From Limnothrix sp. BL-A-16 (GTDB lineage Bacteria; Cyanobacteriota; Cyanobacteriia; CACIAM-69d): a stretch of DNA of 64,000 nt. The notes under the pieces were generated by a model, which saw only the letters and a program-made list of their open reading frames with translations, was not told the DNA's origin and did not search any database. This document shows, piece by piece, positions 33,110-43,826 of this stretch. The stretch covers positions 800,001 through 864,000 of the forward strand of contig CP166615.1 of assembly GCA_041937175.2 (NCBI GenBank). The letters are read 5' to 3'. Both the position numbers and the translations under genes were made by a program. Numbering within the stretch: the stretch's first letter is position 1; each line of letters begins with the position of its first letter.

Positions 33110-33631
33110 TTAATCAACGGCACTGGAGTCAGCCACCGAGCCAACCCCAAACCCACAAACCAGAATGGCGGAAGCGGTGGCATAGTCCCGATCGTGGCTG
33201 AAACTAACTTGCCAATGGGTTGCTGGCCCAGCACTGGCAACGGCGGGGTGGGTTTGGCAATGGAGGGCACAGCGGCGATCGAGCGCGGCCACCGCTCGGC
33301 CATGTAAACAAACGCCCGGTTCGCCCGTGGCCCGGCGGGTAATTTCCACATCCTTGTAACCCACTCCGTGCCAGCCTGTGCCCAGGGCCTTGACCACAGC
33401 TTCTTTGGCAGCCCAGCGGCCCGCCAACCGGTTCACCACATCAGGGGTGAGGTGATCGTTCAGCAGAGTTTCGGAATCGAGGGTTTCCCAAGGGATCGAT
33501 CGAGCCAGCGATCGCCAACAAGTCCGCTGTTCCTGGGGAGTATAGACCCGTTGCAGAAAGCGGCCCCCGAATCGATCGAGGGCTGCTCGGATGCGGGGGA
33601 TATAAACCAAGTCAGTACCCAGATAAAACAC
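33110..33631 (-). CDS. acpS: Holo-ACP synthase
   Basis: GTDLVYIPRI, FLQRVYT..E, LAGRWAAKEAVVKALGTG, VSFSHD.DYATA. Confidence 0.93.
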   Translation of the reverse strand: MFYLGTDLVYIPRIRAALDRFGGRFLQRVYTPQEQRTCWRSLARSIPWETLDSETLLNDHLTPDVVNRLAGRWAAKEAVVKALGTGWHGVGYKDVEITRRATGEPGVCLHGRAVAALDRRCALHCQTHPAVASAGPATHWQVSFSHDRDYATASAILVCGFGVGSVADSSAVD

Positions 33632-33650
33632 GGCGACTAAACATCATCCA

Positions 33651-33745
33651 TTGGGTCAAGGCGGTAGGAGCAGTCCTGGTAACAAGGGGCTTAAGCCTTG
33701 CTGCCTAACGGTTTAGGGGCGGTAACAGTCAGTTAACTTGACCTA
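33651..33745. repeat. Small dispersed element family C (about 95 bp)
   Basis: TTGGGTCAAG...GTCCTGGTAACAAGGGGCTTAAGCCTTGCTGCCTAACG...CTTGACCTA; homologous to 48581-48677. Confidence 0.55.
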
Positions 33746-33755
33746 TCATTCATGC

Positions 33756-35129
33756 CTAGTCCGCAGAGCCAGCGGAATTCAGCCGCTGTTGCCAAGCCCG
33801 ATCGACCGCTTCCGGGTTCAGGGCTTCCTGCTCCGTCACGTCCATTTCTGTGGTGTAGGTCAAATCCCGATCGGTGATTTGGTTGCGCGCTTGGGTCAGT
33901 TGCTGTCGGGCGGCTAACTTGCGGGACAAGTCAGAATCTGGATTGGTCACCAAATCCGCTAGGGCACTGCGCTGCTGGTTGCGTCGCTCGATCGCCCGAT
34001 TGCGCCCCGAAATCACCCACCAACGAACTGCCGGAATGCTCAAAAATGCGCTGCTGTAGCCCAGTCCCAACAGGCAGGTAAAGCGCAAGAACCCATAGGC
34101 CTGGCCAAAGGTTGCCGCATCCCCCGCCGCAATCAGACCACCCAACACCAAGGACAGCACCAACAGTGCCACCCCCAGGGCGATCGCCCCGGCCCGTTGC
34201 CCCGAGCTGGCGCGACTGAAGTTATAGATACGCTCCGACTGGAATCGCGGCAGGGTTTCGGGCAGGTCGGCCAAATCCTGCACGGTGGTTTGCAAGTCGG
34301 GGAATTGGTAAATAATTTCGCCTTGCTCGGTCACCTGGGGATGGCCATTAAACCGCACCAAAACTGGCAACATCCAATCTTCGTCCAGGTCTTGGGCCTT
34401 GGGCATTGCCCGATCGGGCAGCTCCAGATAGGGGGCCACCTGTTCCACCACCACTGCCCCTTGGTTTTGGCGAATCACTTGGGCAATCAGTTGCCAACGT
34501 TCCTTTTCCAAATACAAATTCGGGTTGCCATCCCCAAACAGGAAGGAATAGATCGCCTCTAAAAAGTTGAGATCGGGCTTTTCCCGTCGCCGTTGGTAGG
34601 CGTAGTTATCGTAGTCGGGCCACCAGATCCAAATCCAATCGGACCAGCCGTAGTAGCCGCCCCAGATTGGGAAACCAATATTCCAACTACCCGAGCTGGA
34701 GCCAGACCCCCGCGAATCGCCACCACCACCACTATCACTATCGCTGTCCCGCGAGTTGCTGAGGGCTACCAAAGCCACCACGATCGCCGCCACCACTGCC
34801 ACAATCAACAGCAACAGCACAATGCCAACGGACAGCCGAATCAGGTAAAACAGGACTTTCCAAATCTTGGCCCAGGTTTCCTGAAGTTGGAGTTGCCAGA
34901 ATTTGTTGCGCAGAATGTCGCGAAAGTCGCGGGAAAAGACATAAACCACGTCACCGGACTCGGCCACTTGCAGGTTACCGCCGGCCGAAGCCGCCAACAC
35001 CATCAACCCCCGTTCCGCCAGGTTTAAATCCAAACCCGATTGGGCAGCCACATCGGCCACGGTGACACGGTAGTTCAGTTGCTCAACGGCTTCTAACAAG
35101 CCAGATTCGATCGTGGGCGCAGCAGCCAT
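33756..35129 (-). CDS. Conserved cyanobacterial/plastid membrane protein of unknown function
   Basis: AVEQLNYRVTVADVA, LQVAESGDVVYVF, NFLEAIYSFLFGDGNPN, LVRFNGHP.V...GEIIYQFPDLQ; TM segments. Confidence 0.8.
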   Translation of the reverse strand: MAAAPTIESGLLEAVEQLNYRVTVADVAAQSGLDLNLAERGLMVLAASAGGNLQVAESGDVVYVFSRDFRDILRNKFWQLQLQETWAKIWKVLFYLIRLSVGIVLLLLIVAVVAAIVVALVALSNSRDSDSDSGGGGDSRGSGSSSGSWNIGFPIWGGYYGWSDWIWIWWPDYDNYAYQRRREKPDLNFLEAIYSFLFGDGNPNLYLEKERWQLIAQVIRQNQGAVVVEQVAPYLELPDRAMPKAQDLDEDWMLPVLVRFNGHPQVTEQGEIIYQFPDLQTTVQDLADLPETLPRFQSERIYNFSRASSGQRAGAIALGVALLVLSLVLGGLIAAGDAATFGQAYGFLRFTCLLGLGYSSAFLSIPAVRWWVISGRNRAIERRNQQRSALADLVTNPDSDLSRKLAARQQLTQARNQITDRDLTYTTEMDVTEQEALNPEAVDRAWQQRLNSAGSAD

Positions 35130-35279
35130 AGGTCTATAATCAGCCGCTCTGGGTCTTTTGCGGTTTTGCTCAGTGCTGTTCCCAGTATAGGGAAGCCCTT
35201 TGGGTTTGAGCTTGGGCCTGAGCCGATCCCAACCGGTTCGGGCCGCTGGGCTGAATATCTGGGCTAAGCATGGGCTTGC

Positions 35280-36539
35280 TTAAGCGACCGATCGACGCAT
35301 CGCCACCCACAGGTCTTGATATTGCCGTAACGATTCGGCCGGCAACGGTTGCAGCAGTTCGCAGCGATCGAGTTGCTCAGAAGTGGGCAGCAACACATCC
35401 CGCTGCACCTCCGCTGTCATGGCCGCGCGATCGCCCTCCAACCAGGGAGCTGGAGCCGCATCCACCCACCCGGCCAACCCCTGGGCAATGTCCGATTGCC
35501 AAGCAAGACTGGCCCACAGGGTCGCCAAATCCAGTGATTCCGGAACCGCATGAACCGGCCGCACCCACAAATCCGCCCAAAGAGACGTGCCTGATTGGGG
35601 AACCACCGCCCGCAAACTTCGCTGGCGAGCCAGAGCCGTCACCACCTCATGGGACCAACCCACCGCCACCCAAGCATCCCCCAACAGCAGCGGTTGCAAA
35701 TAATCCTGAGTGGCATAGATCAGAGCCTGTTGATTCAGGGCCGCCAAAGCAGCGGTCAAGCCGGTTACGGACTGGGGTTGAGCTTCGTTATACGATCGCC
35801 CCAATCGCTTCAGGGTCAAGCCAATCACCTCCCGAGGCCGATCGAGCAGCACCACCTTGCCCCGCAGCTCCGGCCGCCACAAGTCCGCCCAATCCTGCGG
35901 TTCCCATCCCAAGGCCGCAAACCGATCGGGCCGGTAAACCAAAACCGTCGTTCCCCAACGGTAGGGAATTCCCCAAAGGGATCCGGCGTGATCGGGCAAT
36001 CCTTGGCGATTGAGTTGGATCACGGACTGCCAGCGATCGCCGAAAGTTACCCCCGACGGGCGATCGGGCCAAGGCTGGAGCCAACCGCGCCGCACCGCCC
36101 CCGCCAGCCATTCATGGCCCAGCAATCCCGTTAGCCCCACCGGCCCCGCCCCCGTCGGCCGCAAAAATGGAATCCACGATCGCCAATCACCTTGGCCAAT
36201 GGTGGTTCCCGCCGGATCCCGTTGCCAGTCTTGCAACTGTTGCATCAGCAGTTCCGCCTGATCCAGCAACGTCAGGTGAATGCCTCGGGTGGCTCCCTGT
36301 TCGTTAGCCAGCCGTTGAAAAGCTTGGAGCAGTTGGGCAGGAACCGTATTCTCGATCGCCAGCACCGTCAAATCATTGGGATTGCGCCGACCACAGCCCC
36401 CCAGCAACAGGCTCGCCGCGATCGCCCCCGTGCCGAGCAACCATTGCCGCCGCCCCCACCGAGGCTCCGGATCCGCCGCCATGCCGGGCGATCGATTCCC
36501 CTTCAACTCCACCCTTGCCTCGGGATTTTGCAAAGTCAT
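35280..36539 (-). CDS. Extracellular solute-binding lipoprotein, PotD/PotF-like
   Basis: Twin-arginine GRRQWL, lipobox LLGGC, GIPYRWGTTVLVYR, WADLW.PEL.G, LLD.PREVIG, SGTSLWAD. Confidence 0.85.
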   Translation of the reverse strand: MTLQNPEARVELKGNRSPGMAADPEPRWGRRQWLLGTGAIAASLLLGGCGRRNPNDLTVLAIENTVPAQLLQAFQRLANEQGATRGIHLTLLDQAELLMQQLQDWQRDPAGTTIGQGDWRSWIPFLRPTGAGPVGLTGLLGHEWLAGAVRRGWLQPWPDRPSGVTFGDRWQSVIQLNRQGLPDHAGSLWGIPYRWGTTVLVYRPDRFAALGWEPQDWADLWRPELRGKVVLLDRPREVIGLTLKRLGRSYNEAQPQSVTGLTAALAALNQQALIYATQDYLQPLLLGDAWVAVGWSHEVVTALARQRSLRAVVPQSGTSLWADLWVRPVHAVPESLDLATLWASLAWQSDIAQGLAGWVDAAPAPWLEGDRAAMTAEVQRDVLLPTSEQLDRCELLQPLPAESLRQYQDLWVAMRRSVA

Positions 36540-36869
36540 GGCCGCCTAGATTGTCTTATTGATGCGAAATTGATGCGACTTGCGCGTCGCTTGCCCGTTA
36601 ATGGCGCATTCATTGCCAGGTCATTTTAGCGATCAACTCTCAATATTTGAAGTTTTATAAAGTTTTGACAAGTTTTTTGTACATATCTTTCTAAAAGATC
36701 ATTCTTCGGAAGAATGCGAAACACTTTCCAAAACAACAATATCTTGCACAATCTACCATGCGGATAATCGTTAAATGATTCAGCGATTGCTGAACTTTTG
36801 AGGATGGGTTATTTACGATAAAAACACAAGCCTCCGCCAGCGCAATCCAAAACTATGCGCTGACCTCCT

Positions 36870-37253
36870 ATGGAACCATTGCAAGATCAAATTTCACTCC
36901 TCAATCACAAGCTCGATGCGCTACATCAGTCGATTGAAACACTCTTGGGACGCTTAGCAAGTCGTGTTTCTTCCGAAGAGTCATCATCCTTACATGAACC
37001 AATGGCTCAGATTCTTCAACGGGGTGCAGCCTTGGTTGATTCCCCCAGCCCTGTTCTCCATTCCATGGCTGATCTGAATGCTGAATATAAAGATATTCTG
37101 ATCGATGATAGCTATCGGGAACCGAGCGATCGCGCGGGAGACAAGGAACTCACGCCGGAAATTCAAGTGCAACGGTTAATGGCTCAATTAACTGCTGCCT
37201 ACAATCGGATCGCCGACTTAGAGGAACAACTCCTTTCGCGACGGATCCATTAA
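36870..37253 (+). CDS. Conserved cyanobacterial coiled-coil hypothetical protein
   Basis: KDIL.D, LTPEIQVQRL.AQLTAAYNRIA.LEEQLL; heptad pattern. Confidence 0.8.
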   Translation: MEPLQDQISLLNHKLDALHQSIETLLGRLASRVSSEESSSLHEPMAQILQRGAALVDSPSPVLHSMADLNAEYKDILIDDSYREPSDRAGDKELTPEIQVQRLMAQLTAAYNRIADLEEQLLSRRIH

Positions 37254-38009
37254 CTTGGATGCCTCCAAGGAACGAGTCGATCGACTCTTTGCCTTGGCCT
37301 CAATCCGATTGTAGGCAAGTCTTAAATTGGCAGTCATTCGCCGATGACGGTTCGGATTTGGGTCAACTCCATCATGCCTTTCTCATATTTCAGAGGGGCA
37401 ACTTTGAGACTACTGCTATTAGTTTGTGATCAAAAATTTGATCAGATCCTTGAAGGTTTTTGGAAGGAATTTCTCTGAATTTTGTGGGATCAGCGGATCG
37501 CGTGGAAGTAATTCTGTTAGAGATCCCCAACCATTGCCCATGCTTTACGCATCAGGCCTCAGCAATCGCAGAGCGTACCAGGGCTAGTAGATCACGATCG
37601 GTGCGCAATATTCAGTTCCGGAACCTTTAAGCTCAGTGATTACTCCAGAATTCGTAATCACCCTCTGACTTCTTTAGCAAATTGGTGGGAAGACTTTACA
37701 AAGCACTATGTGGCTGCTTACCCTCTGGCTCAAAGGGGGGATCTGATGCCAATGGCCGATTCAGGGGCGCTTTGGTTGCGATCGATCGTCCCCTGAAAGC
37801 CCTGAACAGCTCTGAAAAGTCCTGCAACGTTCTGAACAATCAGCGTTGTCGCCCAGTCCAAAATCATGGATCGGGATTGATGGATTGGGGCGCATCGCTG
37901 TGCATCCCGATCCGGACTCTCGGCTGGCGCTTCTGACCTGTGCCAATCATGGGGCGAGAATGGTCTCAATTAGGATGACTTGTCCAATCTCGCTCTCTTG
38001 TATTCCATC

Positions 38010-39140
38010 ATGCAGTACTTCACGCTTGCACGCTCTGGCCGCCACATCACGATCCTAATCAGTGCGATCGCCCTGCCGCTTCCCCTGCTGAGCGCTTGTG
38101 CCCCTAGCCGTCTCAGCCCGGAAGTAACCATGGCGCTCGCACCGCTGGCTGTTGCTTGTAGTGGCCAACCGGTTGCCGAAACCACCGACTACGACCCCAA
38201 GAACCCAACACCCCCAATGGTGGCGATGGTGGCAGATAATGGCAATTTCGTTGCCGATGCTCTGTACCTAGATGCCAAAGCCAAGCAGGCAACCGCCGTT
38301 AAAGAGACCCAGCTCGTGTTGTGTGTAGCGCCTGAAAAACCAGAGCTGATTGAAACCTGTCGATATAGTGGCTCCGGGTCTTACGAAATCCCTCGGTTTT
38401 CACAAAAAGTTGGCCTGAAATTGGTCAGTGCCAAAACGGGCAAAGTGCTAGCAGAAGCGAATCCCACTGCTGAGGCTAAACCCTGTTCGGAATCGCTGAC
38501 TACACGCGAAGGATCAACACCCAACACAGCTCCATTGACCGCAGAAATTCCCCTCATGGATTTGGTGCAGTCTTGGAGTTTGACGGCGATCGCCAGTACC
38601 GCTCCTGCCGTGAGTGTATCCCCCGCAACCGGTGGATCTTCCTCAACCCAAGGAGCCAGTAACTCCAGCACACCCAAGGAACAGTGCAAAGCCCTAGAAA
38701 CCCTTACGAAGAGTGACTTTGGCTACGGGTCAAAGGCTCAAATTGAAGTGCAGTCCAGAGCCAACCAGATTAAAGATCCGAATAACGATATTCAGTTGCG
38801 CGTCGCGAACAACATGGGCAAACAATCCATGGCAGAGCATTTGCCAGCCGTGGCTAAGGCGATCGCCCAAGGTGAAGCCTTGTCGCTGTCGGATAGTGCT
38901 TTACAGACCATCCGCGATCGTTTCTTGGTGGGGTTGAAAGGGATGGAAAAAGACTTAAAAGCCTTTGACGGTTTAGTGAAAGAGTCGGCAACAGCGATCG
39001 AAAATCAACCCATTGATCGTCAAAAAGTGCAAGAAATCAACCCCAAGATGCAGAAGATTGCCAATGATTTGACAAAACAATCCCAAGAACTTTCGGAAAT
39101 TACAATCAATGTTTCTGTGCTTTGCTCAACCATCAAATAG
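38010..39140 (+). CDS. Hypothetical lipoprotein with a Cys-containing N-domain and helical C-domain
   Basis: Long ORF, hydrophobic signal ending LLSAC, Ser/Thr-rich linker. Confidence 0.75.
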   Translation: MQYFTLARSGRHITILISAIALPLPLLSACAPSRLSPEVTMALAPLAVACSGQPVAETTDYDPKNPTPPMVAMVADNGNFVADALYLDAKAKQATAVKETQLVLCVAPEKPELIETCRYSGSGSYEIPRFSQKVGLKLVSAKTGKVLAEANPTAEAKPCSESLTTREGSTPNTAPLTAEIPLMDLVQSWSLTAIASTAPAVSVSPATGGSSSTQGASNSSTPKEQCKALETLTKSDFGYGSKAQIEVQSRANQIKDPNNDIQLRVANNMGKQSMAEHLPAVAKAIAQGEALSLSDSALQTIRDRFLVGLKGMEKDLKAFDGLVKESATAIENQPIDRQKVQEINPKMQKIANDLTKQSQELSEITINVSVLCSTIK

Positions 39141-39189
39141 TTACGCTGACTCAATCAGAATTTGAGGTGTATTTGGGCTTAATTAACAA

Positions 39190-40008
39190 CTAGTCATCGG
39201 CCGTTTGCACCACGGCTAAAAACTCCACCAAGGTGGGAGCCGATCGCCCCGCAATTTCCTCGGCCCGCAACCAAAGCAAAAATTCCACATTGCCCGCCGG
39301 CCCCGTAATGGGCGATCGCACCAGGCCGCCGTAGTGCCAACCGATCGCCTCGGCCCCTTGCCAAACGGTTTGGATCGCCTCCGCCCGATCGCGCGGATTC
39401 CGCACCACGCCGTTTTTGCCCAGCCGATCGCGCCCCACTTCAAATTGCGGCTTCACCAGCAAAATCACCTCACGCGGCGGTTGCAACAACGCCCAGAGGG
39501 CCGGCAACACCTTCGTCAGGGAAATAAACGACAGATCCGCCACGCCCAAATCGGGCATCGGATCATCAGACCCGTACAGCTCCGCCGGGGTCAGGTGGCG
39601 CAAATTCGTGCGTTCGCGTAACCGCACACGCGGATCCTGGCGCAACGTCCAAGCCACTTGCCCATAGCCCACATCGATACCGTAGACCTTGGCTGCGCCC
39701 GCCTGCAACAGGCAATCGGTGAAGCCGCCCGTGGAAATGCCACCATCGAGGCAAATGCGGCCCGTGGGGTCGATCGGGAAGGCCTCCAGGGCGTGGATCA
39801 ACTTTTCGCCACCCCGAGACACAAAGCGCGATCGGGCTGCCACTTCAATTTCGGCATCTTCGGCGATCAGGGTTCCCGGTTTGTCCACGCAGGCGCGATC
39901 GACCCGCACTTCGCCGGCCCGAATCCACCGCTGGGCCAACTGGCGCGACTCGCATAATCCGCGACTCACCAACAGCGCATCTAATCGTTGTTTGCCCGTT
40001 TTTGCCAC
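39190..40008 (-). CDS. tlyA: TlyA-family rRNA methyltransferase
   Basis: KQRLDALLV (S4), FVSRGGEKL, DGGISTGGFTDCLLQ, DLSFISL, LVKPQFE, GPAGNVEF. Confidence 0.95.
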   Translation of the reverse strand: MAKTGKQRLDALLVSRGLCESRQLAQRWIRAGEVRVDRACVDKPGTLIAEDAEIEVAARSRFVSRGGEKLIHALEAFPIDPTGRICLDGGISTGGFTDCLLQAGAAKVYGIDVGYGQVAWTLRQDPRVRLRERTNLRHLTPAELYGSDDPMPDLGVADLSFISLTKVLPALWALLQPPREVILLVKPQFEVGRDRLGKNGVVRNPRDRAEAIQTVWQGAEAIGWHYGGLVRSPITGPAGNVEFLLWLRAEEIAGRSAPTLVEFLAVVQTADD

Positions 40009-40039
40009 CGATCGGGATGCTCGCAGCGATCCTGGATTT

Positions 40040-40149
40040 GGGCGCACCGCTGTGCGCCCCTACCAATTGTTGATTGATCGTTTGAAATTGCAGGGATTGA
40101 ATCTGAATCCCAATGTTTCCGGCCCGTAGGGGCGCACCGCCGTGCGCCC
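40040..40149. repeat. Inverted pair of GTAG-type REP palindromes
   Basis: GGGCGCACCGCTGTGCGCCCCTAC (40040-40063) and GTAGGGGCGCACCGCCGTGCGCCC (40126-40149). Confidence 0.75.
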
Positions 40150-40168
40150 GCTCATATCGCGTCGGTCT

Positions 40169-41263
40169 TTACGCCGATTCGTTCAACACCGCGATCAGCG
40201 CTTCACCCATGGCCGTGCAACCCACCAGGGTCTTGCCTTCGGACATGATGTCACCCGTACGGAAGCCCCGATCAAGCACCTCATTCACCGCCTTTTCGAT
40301 TCGATCGGCCCCTTCCGGCAGATCCAACCCGTAGCGCAACATCATCGCCGCGCTCAAAACGTGGGCTAACGGATTTGCCTTATCTTGGCCCGCAATATCC
40401 GGCGCGGAACCATGCACCGGTTCAAACACGCCCGGCTTGCCCGGTTCGCCCAAGCTGGCCGAGGGCAACATGCCAATACTGCCGGTCAGCATGGCTGCCG
40501 CATCCGAAAGAATGTCGCCAAATAGGTTGCCCGTAACGATTGTGTCGAACTGTTTCGGTGCGCGAACTAACTGCATGGCCGCGTTGTCCACGTAGAGATG
40601 AGACAACTCCACTTCGGGATAGTCCGCCGCCACGGCCGTCACCCGATCGCGCCACAGTTGCGACACTTCCAACACATTCGACTTATCCACCGAGCAAAGC
40701 TGGTTGCCCCGACGCTTTGCCGTTTCAAAGGCCACGCGGGCGATGCGATCGACCTCGCCTTCGCTGTAAACCATCGTATTTACGCCGCGCTTTTCGCCGT
40801 TTTCGCCTTCAAAAATGCCGCGCGGTTGCCCAAAGTAAATGCCGCCGGTCAGCTCGCGCACCACCATGATGTCTGTGCCTTCCACCACTTCCCGCTTCAG
40901 GGTCGAGGCATCCACCAACTGGGGCAAAATCGTCGCCGGCCGCAGGTTGGCAAACAGACCCAGACCGGCCCGCAACCCCAGCAGGCCGCGCTCGGGCCGC
41001 TGGGCATTGGGCAGGCTGTCCCACTTGTAGCCGCCGATCGCCGCGAGCAACACCGAGTCACTGTTGCGGCAAATCTCCAGGGTGCTGGCGGGCAGGGGTT
41101 CGCCGGTTTGGTCGATCGCGCAGCCCCCGATCGGCGCTTCGGTGAATTCAAAGGTCACGCCAATCTTTTGGGCGACGGTTTCGAGCACCTGAACGGCAAC
41201 GCGGGTAATTTCGGGGCCAATGCCATCACCGGGCAGCAGCGCAATGCGATAGGTCTGGGTCAC
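40169..41263 (-). CDS. leuB: 3-isopropylmalate dehydrogenase
   Basis: [48 protein letters not shown]. Confidence 0.97.
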   Translation of the reverse strand: MTQTYRIALLPGDGIGPEITRVAVQVLETVAQKIGVTFEFTEAPIGGCAIDQTGEPLPASTLEICRNSDSVLLAAIGGYKWDSLPNAQRPERGLLGLRAGLGLFANLRPATILPQLVDASTLKREVVEGTDIMVVRELTGGIYFGQPRGIFEGENGEKRGVNTMVYSEGEVDRIARVAFETAKRRGNQLCSVDKSNVLEVSQLWRDRVTAVAADYPEVELSHLYVDNAAMQLVRAPKQFDTIVTGNLFGDILSDAAAMLTGSIGMLPSASLGEPGKPGVFEPVHGSAPDIAGQDKANPLAHVLSAAMMLRYGLDLPEGADRIEKAVNEVLDRGFRTGDIMSEGKTLVGCTAMGEALIAVLNESA

Positions 41264-41407
41264 GGGTCGGTCAAACAAAATCAGGAGGGTTGAACGGACT
41301 TCATCATAGGACGGGAGGCGGCCCTTTCCATGGGAGATTTTCCCGACGACTTAGGGCATAGTCGTGAAGACAAATGATTGATGGTTATCTAGTCAACGGT
41401 CTAAACC

Positions 41408-42424
41408 ATGAGTTCCAAAGTTGATATCACAGCCCAAAACTTTCAGACCGAGGTGGTGAGCAAATCCAGCGAGAAGCCGGTGGTTCTGTACTTTTCCTCG
41501 CCCACTTGCAGCGCCTGCCAACAGCTCAGCCCGGTGCTAGAAGAGATCGTCAAAAACTACGACGTGGTTTTGGCCAAGGTGAACACTCAACAGGAAGTGG
41601 GTTTGGTGCAACAGGCGGGGGTGCGATCGACCCCCGATGTGCGACTGGTGCAGAGTGGGCGTGCAACGGATCAATTTGTGGGTGCAGTGTCCGGCAACGA
41701 AGTACGCAGCTTCCTGACCCGCAACAGCGTGAACTTGTTGGCGGGGCCCAAATTCCTGGACTTGACCAACGACAGCGATAACCGCGTTATCCCTGTCAAC
41801 AGTCTCAGTGAATATCCCAGCGGGGTGCGGGCCTTGGGTGGCAATGACACCGTGACTGGCTCCAGTGATGTGGATGTGTTATTTGGCAATGCGGGCAATG
41901 ACCTGCTGTTGGGCAACGATGCCAACGATGTGCTCAATGGTGGTGCTGATAATGACGTGTTAGATGGCGGCTTAGGCAATGATCTGCTGAGCGGCAACCG
42001 GGGCAACGATTCCCTGGTGGGCGGTGATGGCAATGACATCCTGCGGGGCGGTCGGGAGAACGACACGCTGTTGGGTGGTGATGGGGATGATGTGCTGTCC
42101 GGCGACTTTGGCACGGATGTGCTGACGGGGGGTGCGGGCCGAGATTTGTTTGTGTTGCGAGCTGAAGAAGCCGTGGCCGGAGCCGGGGTGCAAACGGTCG
42201 ATCGAATTACGGATCTCAGCGTTAGCCAAGGAGATGTGGTGCTGTTGGCGGCCGATTTTGCCATTGCTGATGTGACGGTGACCGCTGGCAATGTGAACAA
42301 CAGCGGAGCCGCCGATGCCATCATCAGCCGCACCTCCACCGGGGCTTTGTTGGGGGTGGTGTTGGATCAAACGCCGGACGTGGTGCGATCGGCCTTGCAG
42401 GTGATTCCGCCCTCTTCCCTCTAA
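41408..42424 (+). CDS. Thioredoxin-like domain fused to RTX (GGxGxD) Ca-binding repeats
   Basis: [30 protein letters not shown]...GVRSTP (CxxC, cis-Pro), then about 9 GxxGND nonapeptides and DRITD. Confidence 0.85.
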   Translation: MSSKVDITAQNFQTEVVSKSSEKPVVLYFSSPTCSACQQLSPVLEEIVKNYDVVLAKVNTQQEVGLVQQAGVRSTPDVRLVQSGRATDQFVGAVSGNEVRSFLTRNSVNLLAGPKFLDLTNDSDNRVIPVNSLSEYPSGVRALGGNDTVTGSSDVDVLFGNAGNDLLLGNDANDVLNGGADNDVLDGGLGNDLLSGNRGNDSLVGGDGNDILRGGRENDTLLGGDGDDVLSGDFGTDVLTGGAGRDLFVLRAEEAVAGAGVQTVDRITDLSVSQGDVVLLAADFAIADVTVTAGNVNNSGAADAIISRTSTGALLGVVLDQTPDVVRSALQVIPPSSL

Positions 42425-42445
42425 ACCGATCCTGTTCAGTTGATG

Positions 42446-42480
42446 GGGGCTGCTAGGCGATCGCCCTAGCAGCCCCTTTT
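42446..42480 (+). terminator. Rho-independent terminator with HIP1 in the loop
   Basis: GGGGCTGCTAG-GCGATCGCC-CTAGCAGCCCC-TTTT. Confidence 0.8.
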
Positions 42481-42755
42481 GCTCTGGTTGGTCTTGATCA
42501 GGCTGCCCGAGTGCCAAGGGAGGTTCCTGGGGCGGAGATGGCCAAAAACCAGTTACAAAACTGGACGCTGAATCGCCATCACCGCCAACGAAATCATCAG
42601 CCTTTCAGCGATCGGGCGATCGGCCAGCCTCCGTAGTTTCACGGCTGCCCCTCTCCGGATTTGCAACGCCCACGAGAGTAAGAGTCATCAGGAGCGCGAC
42701 GCAATCCAATCGCGACCCTGGTTGACCTTCACGACTCGCATCAGGGGCTTGAATC

Positions 42756-42968
42756 ATGACCGCACTTCAAACTTGCACCCGCATTGGCCAAAGCTTGACC
42801 CTCGTGGGCGTAATTCTGGGTTCGGCCGCCGTGATGCAACCGATCGATGGCCATTCGATCGATTCCGCCCTGGTGGCAGCCGTTGCGCCCCAAAGCGCCT
42901 CAGCCGCCCAGCCCACGCCCCCCGACAACGGCGGCCCCAGCCGCACCCAAGGCACGGGCACTCGCTAA
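42756..42968 (+). CDS. Small putative secreted peptide (70 aa)
   Basis: AGGGG RBS-like sequence before ATG; hydrophobic LTLVGVILGSAAV; C-terminus PTPPDNGGPSRTQGTGTR*; followed by hairpin GCAGGG...CCCTGC. Confidence 0.6.
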   Translation: MTALQTCTRIGQSLTLVGVILGSAAVMQPIDGHSIDSALVAAVAPQSASAAQPTPPDNGGPSRTQGTGTR

Positions 42969-43058
42969 TTCTTCAGGGCAGGGGGTTCGGTTGGGGCCCT
43001 GCGTTAATGATTAGAATTTCAGTCTGAGCAAATTAATCAAAACTGGGACTGAAATTCG

Positions 43059-43616
43059 ATGGCTATTAAGCTTTATGGCGGTGCGCGCAGCCGGGCCTCG
43101 ATCGTGCAGTGGTATCTCGAAGAGTTGGGCCTAGACTACGAGTTCATTTTGCTGGACATGCAGGCCGGCGAGCACCGCCAGCCACCGCTGACAGACATTA
43201 ACCCCTTTGGCAAAGTGCCGGCCATTGAAGATGGCGACTTCAAGTTGTGGGAATCCGGTGCAATTTTGCTCTATCTGGATGCTAAGTACGGCCCCGAAAA
43301 ATCCACGGAGCAACGAGCAGTGGATCAACAATGGACGCTGTTTGCCAATTCCACCGTGGCCACCGGAATTTTTGTGGAAGCCAACCGCGATCGGGAAGCT
43401 CCGCGCTTGTTGGGCGGCATCAACGAGTTGTTGAGCCAATCGCCCTACATCACGGGTGAAACTTTCGGGGTGGCGGATGTGGCCCTGGGGTCAATTTTGG
43501 CCTACATCCCAATGATGCTGAAGATGGATCTGTCGCCCTATCCGGCGTTGGGCGCTTACCTGAAACGGTTGAGTGAGCGGCCGGCCTTCCACAAGGCGAT
43601 CGGCTCGCGAGCGTAG
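43059..43616 (+). CDS. Glutathione S-transferase
   Basis: SRASIVQWYLEEL, INPFGKVP, LWESGAILLYL, FGVADV. Confidence 0.93.
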   Translation: MAIKLYGGARSRASIVQWYLEELGLDYEFILLDMQAGEHRQPPLTDINPFGKVPAIEDGDFKLWESGAILLYLDAKYGPEKSTEQRAVDQQWTLFANSTVATGIFVEANRDREAPRLLGGINELLSQSPYITGETFGVADVALGSILAYIPMMLKMDLSPYPALGAYLKRLSERPAFHKAIGSRA

Positions 43617-43826
43617 ACAGCGCGGCCAGTCCAGGGATAGGGATCAGCATCAAGATCCCAACGAATACGCAAAGGAAAGTGGGAGTCGATCGCCCGATCG
43701 GCCCCCACACTTCGTGATCAATTCGTGATTAACGTGATCAACCTGAACAGATCAGTTCGGATCAGTTCGATCGCGCCCCGATCGCCCGTTGTCGGGTGGC
43801 AACGGGAATCGCAAACATCGCAGGAA

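Noticed and set aside
42756..42968. Calling the small ORF patX
   Set aside because: It lacks the exact RG(S/T)GR pentapeptide; kept as an unnamed candidate.
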